From Mucisphaera calidilacus (GTDB taxonomy: Bacteria; Planctomycetota; Phycisphaerae; Phycisphaerales; Phycisphaeraceae), in contig NZ_CP036280.1 in the NCBI RefSeq assembly GCF_007748075.1, positions 1,980,001-2,012,000 of the forward strand: DNA of 32,000 nucleotides. The letters run 5' to 3'. Under the pieces are notes generated by a model. The model ran no database searches. It saw nothing but the letters and a program-made list of their open reading frames with translations, and was not told the DNA's origin. Positions 24,529 through 32,000 of the stretch are shown here, piece by piece (the first letter of the stretch is position 1; each line of letters starts with the position of its first letter). A program made the position numbers and the translations under genes.

Positions 24529-25551
24529 TCACGCGGCCGGGACCGTGCCGCTGATCTGCTGCTCGACCTCGGCGGGAATCTCCATGCCAAGCTCAAGACC
24601 CAGATCCGACAGCTTGCGCTTGACCTCACGCAGCGACGTGCGACCGAAGCTCCGGACCTTCAGCAGGTCGCTGTCCGTCTGGCTCACCAGCTCCGCCACG
24701 GTATCGACCTTCGCCGACTCCAGGCAGTTGCTCGCACGCACCGACAGGTCCAGCTCGGCGACCGGCATCTGGAGCTTGCGGACCAGCTCCTCGTCGACGC
24801 GGGCCGCAGCCGCCGCCGACTCGCTCGCCACCGTCTCGCCGATCTCGAAGTACTGCACGAACGGGTTGAGGTGCTTACGCAGGATCTTCGACGCCTCGAC
24901 CAGCGCCATCTCAGGCGTGATCGTGCCGTTGGTCCAGATCTCAAGCGTCAGCTTGTCGTAGTTGGTCTTCTGACCGACACGCGTGTCCTCCACCTTGTAA
25001 CGCACACGCGTCACCGGCGAGAAGACCGCGTCGACCGGGATCAACCCAACCTCGACCTCGTCCACGTCCGTGTACTGCTCGCTCGCCGGGATGTACCCGC
25101 GGCCCTTCTCGACACGAAGCTCCATGTCGAAGTCGATCTGCTTGTTGAGCGTCGCCAGCACGAGATCCTTGTTGTGGATCGTCACGTTCAGGTCCGCCTC
25201 GATCAGCTCGCAGGCGACCTCACCCGGACCCTCGGCCTGGAGACGCATCGAGCGCGGCTCGTCGCCCTCCAGCGAGACCACGAGGTCCTTCACGTTCAGG
25301 ATCACGTCCGTGACGTCTTCCTGCACGCCCTCGAGCGACGTGAACTCGTGCGGGGCACCCTTGATCTTCACCGCGGTCACCGCGGCACCCTCGAGGCTCG
25401 AGAGCAGAATACGGCGGAGGCTGTTGCCCAGCGTCGTGCCGAAACCACGCTCGAACGGCTCAATCGTGAAACAACCGTAACGATCGTTGTTGGCATCCGC
25501 GTCCGGAACCACACGGTGCGGCAACTCAAGACCACGCCAGCGAATACGCAT
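24529..25551 (-). CDS. rpoA: DNA-directed RNA polymerase alpha subunit
   Basis: The start is at MRIRWRGLELP (ATG 25551, GGGAG upstream). FTIEPFERGFGTTLGNSLRRILLSSLEGAAVT is present, and the C-terminal domain has LDLSVRASNCLESAKVDTVAELV. Confidence 0.96.
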   Translation of the reverse strand: MRIRWRGLELPHRVVPDADANNDRYGCFTIEPFERGFGTTLGNSLRRILLSSLEGAAVTAVKIKGAPHEFTSLEGVQEDVTDVILNVKDLVVSLEGDEPRSMRLQAEGPGEVACELIEADLNVTIHNKDLVLATLNKQIDFDMELRVEKGRGYIPASEQYTDVDEVEVGLIPVDAVFSPVTRVRYKVEDTRVGQKTNYDKLTLEIWTNGTITPEMALVEASKILRKHLNPFVQYFEIGETVASESAAAAARVDEELVRKLQMPVAELDLSVRASNCLESAKVDTVAELVSQTDSDLLKVRSFGRTSLREVKRKLSDLGLELGMEIPAEVEQQISGTVPAA

Positions 25552-25684
25552 CGAAAACTCCCATCGACCAGCAGACCTGGGGAGGCCGGGTCTCGGGTTC
25601 ACGCGACGGTTGGTGCTGCTGGACCACCAACCTCGCTTCTGCCCCGAGACGCGGAGGAGAAGTCAGACAAAAAAGAGGTAGGCG

Positions 25685-26059
25685 TCAGACGCGACGCTTC
25701 TTGCGGGGACGGCAGCCGTTGTGAGGGATCGCCGTGTGATCCTCGACTGCCGTGATCTTCAGGCCCGCCGACTGCAACGCCGTGATCGCCGACTCGCGTC
25801 CCGAGCCCGCACCGCGGACACGAACCTCGACCTCGACCATCCCGCACTTGCGCGCCGTCGCCGCCGCTTCCTCCGCCGCCCGCGTCGCCGCGAAAGGCGT
25901 GCTCTTACGCGAACCCTTGAAACCAACCGTGCCCGCCGAGCCCCAACAAATGGTCTCGCCGTTTACGTCAGTAATGGTCACCAGGGTGTTGTTGAACGTC
26001 GCCTTCACGTGGGCAATCCCGCGGGTGACGTTACGACGAACCTTCTTGCTCTTGGCCAT
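25685..26059 (-). CDS. rpsK: 30S ribosomal protein S11
   Basis: The start is at [25 protein letters not shown] (ATG 26059, GAGGAAG upstream). [22 protein letters not shown] and [12 protein letters not shown]-like ([18 protein letters not shown]) are present. Confidence 0.96.
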   Translation of the reverse strand: MAKSKKVRRNVTRGIAHVKATFNNTLVTITDVNGETICWGSAGTVGFKGSRKSTPFAATRAAEEAAATARKCGMVEVEVRVRGAGSGRESAITALQSAGLKITAVEDHTAIPHNGCRPRKKRRV

Positions 26060-26165
26060 GTGCTTCCTCGAAGTTGGTAGCGTCGCCTGCTCTCCGGCCA
26101 CACGCCGGCGGGCGACTCACTCCGTTGTTCGGATCTCAGACATCCGGGCGTCCACGCCCGAACGA

Positions 26166-26549
26166 TTACTTCATGCCCTTGACCGACTTCTTGCCGGCCA
26201 CCGTACGCTTGCGACCCTTGCGGGTGCGGGCGTTGGTCTGCGTGTTCTGACCGCGAACCGGCAGGCCACGACGATGACGATCGCCGCGGTAGCTGCGGAT
26301 ATCACGCAGACGGCCGATGTTCTGGGCCACCTGGCGACGCAGCGCGCCCTCGGTCACGTAGTTGTTCTCAAGAATGCCCGCGATCTGGGCCAGCTGGTCT
26401 TCGTTCAGGGCGTTGGCCTTGATGTCGCCATCAATGCCCGCCTCCTTCAGGATCAGCTCCGCAAAGTGCGGCCCGATCCCGTAAATATAACGAAGCGCGA
26501 TACGGATCTTCTTGTTGTCCGGGATGTCGGCACCTGCTACACGCGGCAT
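26166..26549 (-). CDS. rpsM: 30S ribosomal protein S13
   Basis: MPRVAGADIP.NK...IAL.YIYGIG and RGLPVRGQ.T.TNARTRKG. Confidence 0.97.
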   Translation of the reverse strand: MPRVAGADIPDNKKIRIALRYIYGIGPHFAELILKEAGIDGDIKANALNEDQLAQIAGILENNYVTEGALRRQVAQNIGRLRDIRSYRGDRHRRGLPVRGQNTQTNARTRKGRKRTVAGKKSVKGMK

Positions 26550-26583
26550 CGATAAGCTCCTGTGGTCTCTGAGCGACGGGCGA

Positions 26584-26697
26584 TCAGCCCTGACGCTGCT
26601 TGTGCTTCGGGTTCGTGCAGATCACACGCACCACACCCTTGCGGCGGATGATCTTGCAGTTCTCGCAGATGCGACGGATGCTCGAACGAACCTTCAT
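26584..26697 (-). CDS. rpmJ: 50S ribosomal protein L36
   Basis: This gene is not in the ORF track because it is under 60 aa. Manual reverse translation gives [37 protein letters not shown], the canonical zinc-ribbon L36 with C..C....C....H. Confidence 0.93.
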   Translation of the reverse strand: MKVRSSIRRICENCKIIRRKGVVRVICTNPKHKQRQG

Positions 26698-26730
26698 CGG
26701 TCTGTCCTCTCAACGTCTCGCGACGCCGGC

Positions 26731-26946
26731 TCAGTGCCGGTAGGTAATGCGACCCTTCGTCAGGTCATACGGGCTGATGTCGACCGTCACGCGGTCACCG
26801 GGAAGGATGCGGATGTAGAACTTTCGCATCTTGCCCGAGATGTGAGCGATGATCTCGTGATCGTTTTCCAGCTTCACGCGGAACATCGCGTTCGGCATCG
26901 ACTCGAGCACTTCTCCCTCGAGCTGGATCGTTTCTTCCTTCGGCAC
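26731..26946 (-). CDS. infA: Translation initiation factor IF-1
   Basis: GTG start. [61 protein letters not shown] is canonical. Confidence 0.96.
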   Translation of the reverse strand: MPKEETIQLEGEVLESMPNAMFRVKLENDHEIIAHISGKMRKFYIRILPGDRVTVDISPYDLTKGRITYRH

Positions 26947-27068
26947 GCCTTGCCTAACTCACCGGGGCCAACATCATCATGGGCCGACACCGACCCAAAC
27001 ACACAACATCCCCGTTCAGGGATGCGAGCCGCGTAGTGTACCAAAAACTACGCCGAACGCGAATCCAA

Positions 27069-27839
27069 CTAACGCCCGTCCGTCAGCACGTCCGTGCCGT
27101 CCGCCGTGATCGCCACCGTGTGCTCGTAATGAGCCGCCGGCAGCCGATCCTGCGTCACCACCGTCCAGCCGTCCTGGAGCATCAGCACCTCCGCCGTCCC
27201 CAGGTTGCACATCGGCTCCACCGCCAGAACCATCCCCTTACGCAGCTCAAAATCGTTGCGCAAGAGCTGTTCATTAACGAAGTTAGGAACCTTGGGCTCC
27301 TCGTGGAGCTTCCGCCCGATGCCGTGACCGACAAAATCCCGGACCACCCCATACCCACGCGACTCCGCATAACTCTGCATCAGACCCGCCACCTGGCTCC
27401 ACCTCCGGCCAGGCCGCATGTTCTCGATCGCGATCGCCAGCACGTGCTGGGTCGCCTCGCACAACGCACGCACCTCCGGCTTCACCTCGCCGACCATGAT
27501 CGTCGTCGCCGCGTCACCGCACCAGCCGTCCAGACTCACCCCGCAATCCACGCCGACGATATCCCCCTCCACCACCTTCCGATCACTCGCGATCCCGTGA
27601 ACCACCTCCTCGTTCACGCTGATGCAGAGCGTCGCGGGGAAAGGCGTCGGGCCCGGGTAACCTCGAAACAGCCCCGTCGCACCCGCCTCATCGATCAGCC
27701 GCTGCGCCTCGTTGTCCAGCGCCTGCGTCGTCACCCCCGGCTGACACATCGCCGTGCAGCGATCCAGAATCTTCCGCACCAACCGCCCCGACGCACGCAT
27801 ACGCTCGATCTGCTCTGGGGTCTTGGTCGAAATCTTCAT
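27069..27839 (-). CDS. map: Type I methionine aminopeptidase
   Basis: The start at MKISTKTPEQIERMR parallels E. coli MAISIKTPEDIEKM; an alternative GTG lies at 27851. Metal ligands are in context: VVHGI, DIVGVDCG, FVGHGIG, AVEPM and EHT. Confidence 0.94.
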   Translation of the reverse strand: MKISTKTPEQIERMRASGRLVRKILDRCTAMCQPGVTTQALDNEAQRLIDEAGATGLFRGYPGPTPFPATLCISVNEEVVHGIASDRKVVEGDIVGVDCGVSLDGWCGDAATTIMVGEVKPEVRALCEATQHVLAIAIENMRPGRRWSQVAGLMQSYAESRGYGVVRDFVGHGIGRKLHEEPKVPNFVNEQLLRNDFELRKGMVLAVEPMCNLGTAEVLMLQDGWTVVTQDRLPAAHYEHTVAITADGTDVLTDGR

Positions 27840-27860
27840 GGACGAAAGCACACCTATCGG

Positions 27861-29324
27861 TCAAGCCGTGCTGCCACGCGGGCCACGGATCTTCGGGCTC
27901 CGACGACCGCCCGAACGCTGGCCGCCGCTGCCCGACTGACTCAGGAAGCCCTCGTAATTCCGCATCAGCAGGGTCGCCTCGATCCGCTGCACGAGATCGA
28001 GCATCACACTCACCACGATCAGCAGGCCCGTGCCACCCAGGTACTGAGTCACCATGAACGGGATCTCGAAGTTCGCCGCGACGATCGTCGGGATCACCGC
28101 GATCACCGCCAGAAAACCCGCACCCACGTAGGTGATCCGCTCCATCACCGTCTCAAGATACTCCGCCGTACGCGGCCCCGGACGCAGGCCCGGGATAAAG
28201 CTGCCCGCGTCACGCAACTGCGTCGCCATCTCCTTCGGCTGGAACTGAACCGTCGTCCAGAAGTAGGCGAAGAAGAAAATCAGCCCGATGAACGTCAGCG
28301 AGTAGAGGTAGCCCGTCTGCGCCAGGAAGTCCGACGAGATGTGATACCACGACACCTGAATCGTGTTGCCGATCGTCTGCCAGATGGTCAGCGCCTCACC
28401 CTCCGCCGCCGCCACACGCGTCGGGATCAGGTAATTCTCGATCATCGGAAACAGTATCGTCGGGAAGATCATCAGCGAACTCGCGAAGATGATCGGCATC
28501 ACGCCGCCGTGGTTCACACGCAGCGGCAGGTAGCTGCGCTGGCCGCCGTACACCTTTCGCCCGCGCGTGTGCTTCGCCTGCTGCACCGGGATCCGACGCT
28601 GAGCCTGCGTGATCACGATCGCACCCGCCACGACCAGCACAAACGACAACGCCAGGAAGACAATCGTCCCGAAGCCGTAGGTCGCGTCGCCCTGGAACGA
28701 GAAGTCGCTCAGGATCATGGTCACCGCACCGGGGATGCCGGCGATGATGCCCGCCGTGATGATCAGCGACACGCCGTTGCCGATGCCGTACTTGTCGATC
28801 TGCTCGCCCAGCCACATCAGGAACATCGTGCCCGTGGTCAGACCCACCACGCCACACAGCCAGAAGAGCATCGTCCCCGCGTACTCCGGATACACCAGCC
28901 CGCTGCGCTGAATAAAGCTCACGAAGAACGAGGCCTGCACCAGGCAGAGCCCCACCGCCGCGTATCGCGTGTACTCCTGAATCTTCTGACGCCCCGTCAC
29001 GCCCTGCTTCTGAAGCTCCTTGAACGAGTCGATACTCGCCGTCAGCAGCTGGAAGATAATCGCCGCCGAGATGTAAGGCATGATCCCCAGACCGAAGATC
29101 GTCGACTGGCCGAGCGTGCCGCCGGTGAACATACCCACGAAGCTGATCAGGTTCCCCACCGCGTTGCCCTGGGCGTTCTCCGCCCACTCACGCAGCGCCT
29201 CCTGGTTCACGCCCGGGAGCGGGATGAAGAAACCGATCCGGTAGATCGCCAGCATCCCGAGGGTGAAAGCGATCTTCCAGCGGAGTTCCGGAACTTTCCA
29301 GATGTTTAAAAGCGTACGGATCAT
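27861..29324 (-). CDS. secY: Preprotein translocase subunit SecY (with ~25-aa Gly/Arg-rich C-terminal tail)
   Basis: ELRWKIAFTLGMLAIYRIG..IP.PG, GIMPYISA.II.QLL and the ten-helix pattern are present. The tail begins after YEGFL. Confidence 0.96.
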   Translation of the reverse strand: MIRTLLNIWKVPELRWKIAFTLGMLAIYRIGFFIPLPGVNQEALREWAENAQGNAVGNLISFVGMFTGGTLGQSTIFGLGIMPYISAAIIFQLLTASIDSFKELQKQGVTGRQKIQEYTRYAAVGLCLVQASFFVSFIQRSGLVYPEYAGTMLFWLCGVVGLTTGTMFLMWLGEQIDKYGIGNGVSLIITAGIIAGIPGAVTMILSDFSFQGDATYGFGTIVFLALSFVLVVAGAIVITQAQRRIPVQQAKHTRGRKVYGGQRSYLPLRVNHGGVMPIIFASSLMIFPTILFPMIENYLIPTRVAAAEGEALTIWQTIGNTIQVSWYHISSDFLAQTGYLYSLTFIGLIFFFAYFWTTVQFQPKEMATQLRDAGSFIPGLRPGPRTAEYLETVMERITYVGAGFLAVIAVIPTIVAANFEIPFMVTQYLGGTGLLIVVSVMLDLVQRIEATLLMRNYEGFLSQSGSGGQRSGGRRSPKIRGPRGSTA

Positions 29325-29391
29325 CCGGTCCTGGCTGACCTTCCTTGATCAAAGGCCGCCGGGCCGGCGACCCCTGCGAGCCGCATCCGGC

Positions 29392-29919
29392 TCAAGCTTC
29401 GCTGTTGGCTTCCGCGGCCCCCGCCTCGGTCACCTCGGGAACCTCGCCCGATACCTTGACCTTTGCCTGGGGTGCAACAACCGTCACGCTGCCGCCTGCC
29501 TTCTCAATCTTACCCGCTGCCGCCGCCGTGAACTTCGCCGCCGTCACGACCAGCTTCTTGGTCAGATCGCCGTCGCCGAGAATCTTCACCGGCAGCTTGG
29601 TGTTGCGGATCAGCCCCACCTTCACCAGCGACTCAGGCGTCACCGACTCGCCATCCTCAAATCGTGCCTCAAGGGCACTGAGATTGACGATCGCGAAGTA
29701 CTTCTTGAACGCCGCGTTGGTGAAACCACGCTTGGCCATCCGGCGGAAAAACGGCATCTGGCCGCCCTCACGCGTCGGGGGCCGGCGGAAACCGCTGCGG
29801 CTGCCCGCGCCGTTGTGACCACGCCCTGCGGTCTTGCCGTGACCCGAGCCGACGCCGCGGCCCAGTCGCTTGCGGTTGCGGTACGCGCCCGCCTTCTCGG
29901 TGATCTCATGAATCATCAT
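29392..29919 (-). CDS. rplO: 50S ribosomal protein L15
   Basis: KRLGRGVGSGHGKTAGRGHNG..SRSG and EGGQMP..RR.PKRGF are present. Confidence 0.95.
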   Translation of the reverse strand: MMIHEITEKAGAYRNRKRLGRGVGSGHGKTAGRGHNGAGSRSGFRRPPTREGGQMPFFRRMAKRGFTNAAFKKYFAIVNLSALEARFEDGESVTPESLVKVGLIRNTKLPVKILGDGDLTKKLVVTAAKFTAAAAGKIEKAGGSVTVVAPQAKVKVSGEVPEVTEAGAAEANSEA

Positions 29920-29962
29920 GGCTCAATCGTCCGTCTCTCCGGCCGCGCCGGCATGGTCGTGC

Positions 29963-30766
29963 TTACTCGCCGTCTTTCTTCGGCTCTTCCTCGGACTGAG
30001 GCTCCTCGGCCTTGGCCTCCTCGGCAGGAGCCTCCGCCTGCGCCTCGCCCTCAGGCTTGGCTTCCTCAGCGGGCGCTTCCTCGGCCTTCGCCTCCTCGGC
30101 CGGAGCTTCCTCCGCCTTGGGCTCCTCAACCTTCGGCGCCGCGGCAGCTGCCGCTTCATCCGCCGCCTTCTGCTCGGCCAGCGAAGCCTGGATACGCTCC
30201 GCCGCAACCTTGGCCTTCGCCTCCGCCTGCAACGCGGCCACCTGACCAGCTTCGAGCATCTCGTCCACCGTGCTCTTCTCGATCGTCACGCCACGCATGT
30301 CCGCGATCTCGTCACGCAGACGCAGGTCACGCAGGCCCTCGATCACGGCCTTGGTCAGGTTCTTCTTGTTCGTCGAGCCGTAGGCCTTGGTCAGGCAGTC
30401 CTGCACGCCGGCCATCTCCAGCACCGCACGCACCGTGCCGCCCGCGATAACGCCCGTGCCCGGCGCCGCCGGGAGCAGACGAACCTTCGACGACAGGAAC
30501 CGACCCGTCACCGGGTGCGGCAGCGTGCCGCCCTTGAGGTGCACCTTGAACACGTTCTTGCGGGCATCCTTCTGAGCCTTCTCGATCGCGGCCGGCACGC
30601 CGGGCGCCTTGCCGTAACCGATGCCGACCGACCCCTGACGGTCACCCACGACCACCAGCGCCGCAAAACTGAATCGACGGCCACCCTTGACCACCGACGC
30701 CGTGCGGAAAATGCCGACCGTCGTCGACTCGAGCGTCTGCCCTGCTTGTTCGATCACTTCAGCCAT
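29963..30766 (-). CDS. rpsE: 30S ribosomal protein S5 with ~95-aa Ala/Glu/Lys/Pro-rich C-terminal extension
   Basis: RTASVVKGGRRFSFAALVVVGD..G.VG.G.GKA..VP.AI.KA and AAPGTG.IAGG.VRAVLE.AG..D.L.K..GS.N are canonical. The protein is 267 aa, versus ~165-170 typical. Confidence 0.95.
   Translation of the reverse strand: MAEVIEQAGQTLESTTVGIFRTASVVKGGRRFSFAALVVVGDRQGSVGIGYGKAPGVPAAIEKAQKDARKNVFKVHLKGGTLPHPVTGRFLSSKVRLLPAAPGTGVIAGGTVRAVLEMAGVQDCLTKAYGSTNKKNLTKAVIEGLRDLRLRDEIADMRGVTIEKSTVDEMLEAGQVAALQAEAKAKVAAERIQASLAEQKAADEAAAAAAPKVEEPKAEEAPAEEAKAEEAPAEEAKPEGEAQAEAPAEEAKAEEPQSEEEPKKDGE
30059..30118 (-). repeat. In-frame tandem duplication of a 30-nt unit inside the rpsE tail (2 x KAEEAPAEEA)
   Basis: Units 30089-30118 and 30059-30088 both translate to KAEEAPAEEA. 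They differ at 6 of 30 nucleotides, and all six differences are synonymous third positions. Confidence 0.85.
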
Positions 30767-30805
30767 TGCTGATCATTCCTGCCTGGCCGCTCAGCGGCCT
30801 GTGTC

Positions 30806-31168
30806 TCAGAACTGCAGCCCCGCCTCGCGGGCACTGTCCGCCAGGGCCTTCACACGACCGTGGTACCGGTATCCGTTGCGGTCAAACTGAACCGCGCCAA
30901 CACCCGCCGCCTTCGCCTTCTCGGCCAGCGCCTTGCCGACCGCCTCGGCCGCTGCGATGTTGCCGCCGGTCTCGGTCCCCGCCGTCACCGTGCTCGCCGC
31001 CACCAGCGTCTTGCCCGCCAGATCGTCGATCACCTGGGCGTAGATGTGCTTGGCGCTGCGGAACACCGACAGACGCGGGCACTCGGGCGTGCCGATCACA
31101 CGCTTGCGGATCCCCGCCTTCCGGCGGCCGCGACGCTGGGTCTTGTTCTTGAGCTGTCTCGGGTTCAT
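30806..31168 (-). CDS. rplR: 50S ribosomal protein L18
   Basis: The start is at [13 protein letters not shown] (ATG 31168, GGAG 8 nt upstream). [17 protein letters not shown] and [22 protein letters not shown] are present. Confidence 0.94.
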   Translation of the reverse strand: MNPRQLKNKTQRRGRRKAGIRKRVIGTPECPRLSVFRSAKHIYAQVIDDLAGKTLVAASTVTAGTETGGNIAAAEAVGKALAEKAKAAGVGAVQFDRNGYRYHGRVKALADSAREAGLQF

Positions 31169-31218
31169 CACTGCACTCCTGCCGGCTCCCGCCGACATCA
31201 ACGTTGCGTCTGTTCTGT

Positions 31219-31761
31219 TTAGTTACCGAAGGCCTTGCCCGCCTTGCGGATGATCTGCTCGCCCGCGTAACGAACACCCTTGCCGTTGTAAGGCTCGGGC
31301 TTGCGGTGCTGGCGGATCGCCGCCGCCGTCTGCCCCACCAGCATCTTGTCCGGCCCGGTCACGCTCAGCTTCTGACCGTCGACCGCCACCTCGACGCCGT
31401 CGGGAATCTTCACCACACGCGTGTCCGCGTAACCGAGCTTCAGGTTCACCTGCCGGCCCTGGACCTTGGCGTTCCAGCCCACGCCCACAATCTCGAGGTC
31501 ACGCTTGTAACCCTTGGTCACGCCCTCGATCATGTTCGCGATCAACGCCCGCGTCAGGCCGTGCATCGACTTCGCCGTCCGGCTGTCGTCCGCACGCTCA
31601 ACCACCACCTGCTTGTTCTCGTCGTCCACGCTCACCGACACCTCGGGCCGGTGCTCGTACGACAGACGCTTGCCGCCGGCCTCGACAACGATCTCGCGAC
31701 CGCTGACCGTGACCTTCGCACCACCCTCGATGGGAACCGGCTTCTTACCTATACGTGACAT
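31219..31761 (-). CDS. rplF: 50S ribosomal protein L6
   Basis: [13 protein letters not shown]...G. and GY...LE.VGVG and KPEPY.GKG.RY..E are present. Confidence 0.96.
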   Translation of the reverse strand: MSRIGKKPVPIEGGAKVTVSGREIVVEAGGKRLSYEHRPEVSVSVDDENKQVVVERADDSRTAKSMHGLTRALIANMIEGVTKGYKRDLEIVGVGWNAKVQGRQVNLKLGYADTRVVKIPDGVEVAVDGQKLSVTGPDKMLVGQTAAAIRQHRKPEPYNGKGVRYAGEQIIRKAGKAFGN

Positions 31762-31786
31762 CGTGGTCTCTCCGCGTCTTGCGTCT

Positions 31787-32000
31787 TACTCAACCGTGCA
31801 CAGCAGCTCGCCGCCCACGTTCTCCGTGCGAGCCTCGCGGTCCGACAGCACGCCACGAGGCGTCGTCAGGATCGCAATACCCAGACCGGCCAGCGGCCGG
31901 GGAAGCTCGTTGACCTTCCGGTACACCCGGCAGCCCGGCTTGCTCTCACGCTTGAGCAGGTGAATCAGCTGCTCGCCACGCGTGCCGTACTTCAGCTCGA
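31787..32000 (-). CDS. rpsH: 30S ribosomal protein S8, 3' portion (5' end beyond window)
   Basis: This gene is not in the ORF track. Manual reverse translation gives ...[70 protein letters not shown], the canonical S8 C-terminus. Stop TAA at 31787-31789. Confidence 0.9.

Noticed and set aside
26979-29309. A 776-aa plus-strand ORF, the longest in the track, spanning map and secY on the opposite strand.
   Set aside because: It is Arg/His/Pro/Asp-rich low-complexity translation with no motifs. It lies exactly antisense to two unmistakable conserved genes, so it is a typical high-GC shadow ORF.
29990-30135. Repetitive GC-rich DNA (gcctcctcggc-type units) resembling a tandem repeat or mini-array.
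   Set aside because: It lies entirely inside the rpsE reading frame. It is explained by codon repetition for the Ala/Glu/Lys/Pro tail. There are no spacers and no repeat-spacer periodicity.
1-32000. I searched for mobile elements, defence islands, CRISPR arrays, toxin-antitoxin pairs, and tRNA or rRNA genes.
   Set aside because: I found no transposase, integrase or recombinase motifs, no long inverted or direct repeats and no repeat-spacer arrays. No tRNA-like T-arm sequences occur in any intergenic region over 60 nt. Composition is uniform except for the 6667-7003 spacer.

Overview
High-G+C bacterial chromosomal window (roughly two-thirds G+C by eye, not computed). It is almost entirely core or housekeeping DNA. 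I found no rRNA, tRNA, CRISPR array, transposase, integrase or obvious island boundary. From nt 7949 to the end all genes but one lie on the minus strand. Gene content (xylose-isomerase-like TIM-barrel protein, DinB paralogs, sulfotransferase, ribosomal proteins with long acidic tails) fits a Planctomycetota/PVC-type organism, but that is inference only. Left to right: (i) a 5'-truncated MFS-like/PlsC acyltransferase fusion, a TIM-barrel isomerase-like gene and an NfeD-like gene; (ii) a minus-strand run of an unknown small protein, trpE and an orphan FliN/SpoA-domain gene; (iii) a stand-alone P-loop NTPase with a membrane hairpin inserted between Walker A and Walker B (KAP-like architecture); (iv) a TorF-like beta-barrel outer-membrane protein; (v) a tight four-gene operon of ThiF/MoeB-type E1, DinB, DinB and class-V cysteine desulfurase, whose start codon lies 18 nt behind the rpsL-rpsG terminator; (vi) an LPS-core-type glycosyltransferase cluster (GT4, GT2, GT4, GT9 heptosyltransferase) plus a degenerate GmhB-like membrane protein, co-directional with gmk, pyrB, a lipoprotein, holA, mgtE and a sulfotransferase; (vii) the distal spc/alpha ribosomal cluster (rpsH', rplF, rplR, rpsE, rplO, secY, map, infA, rpmJ, rpsM, rpsK, rpoA, rplQ). 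The cluster lacks rpmD, adk and rpsD at their usual positions, and S5 and L17 carry long Ala/Glu-rich C-terminal extensions. The best candidates for undescribed biology are the E1-DinB-DinB-desulfurase operon and the KAP-like membrane NTPase. Both are hypotheses from motifs and gene order, not demonstrated systems. The many long antisense ORFs in the track are high-GC shadow ORFs.
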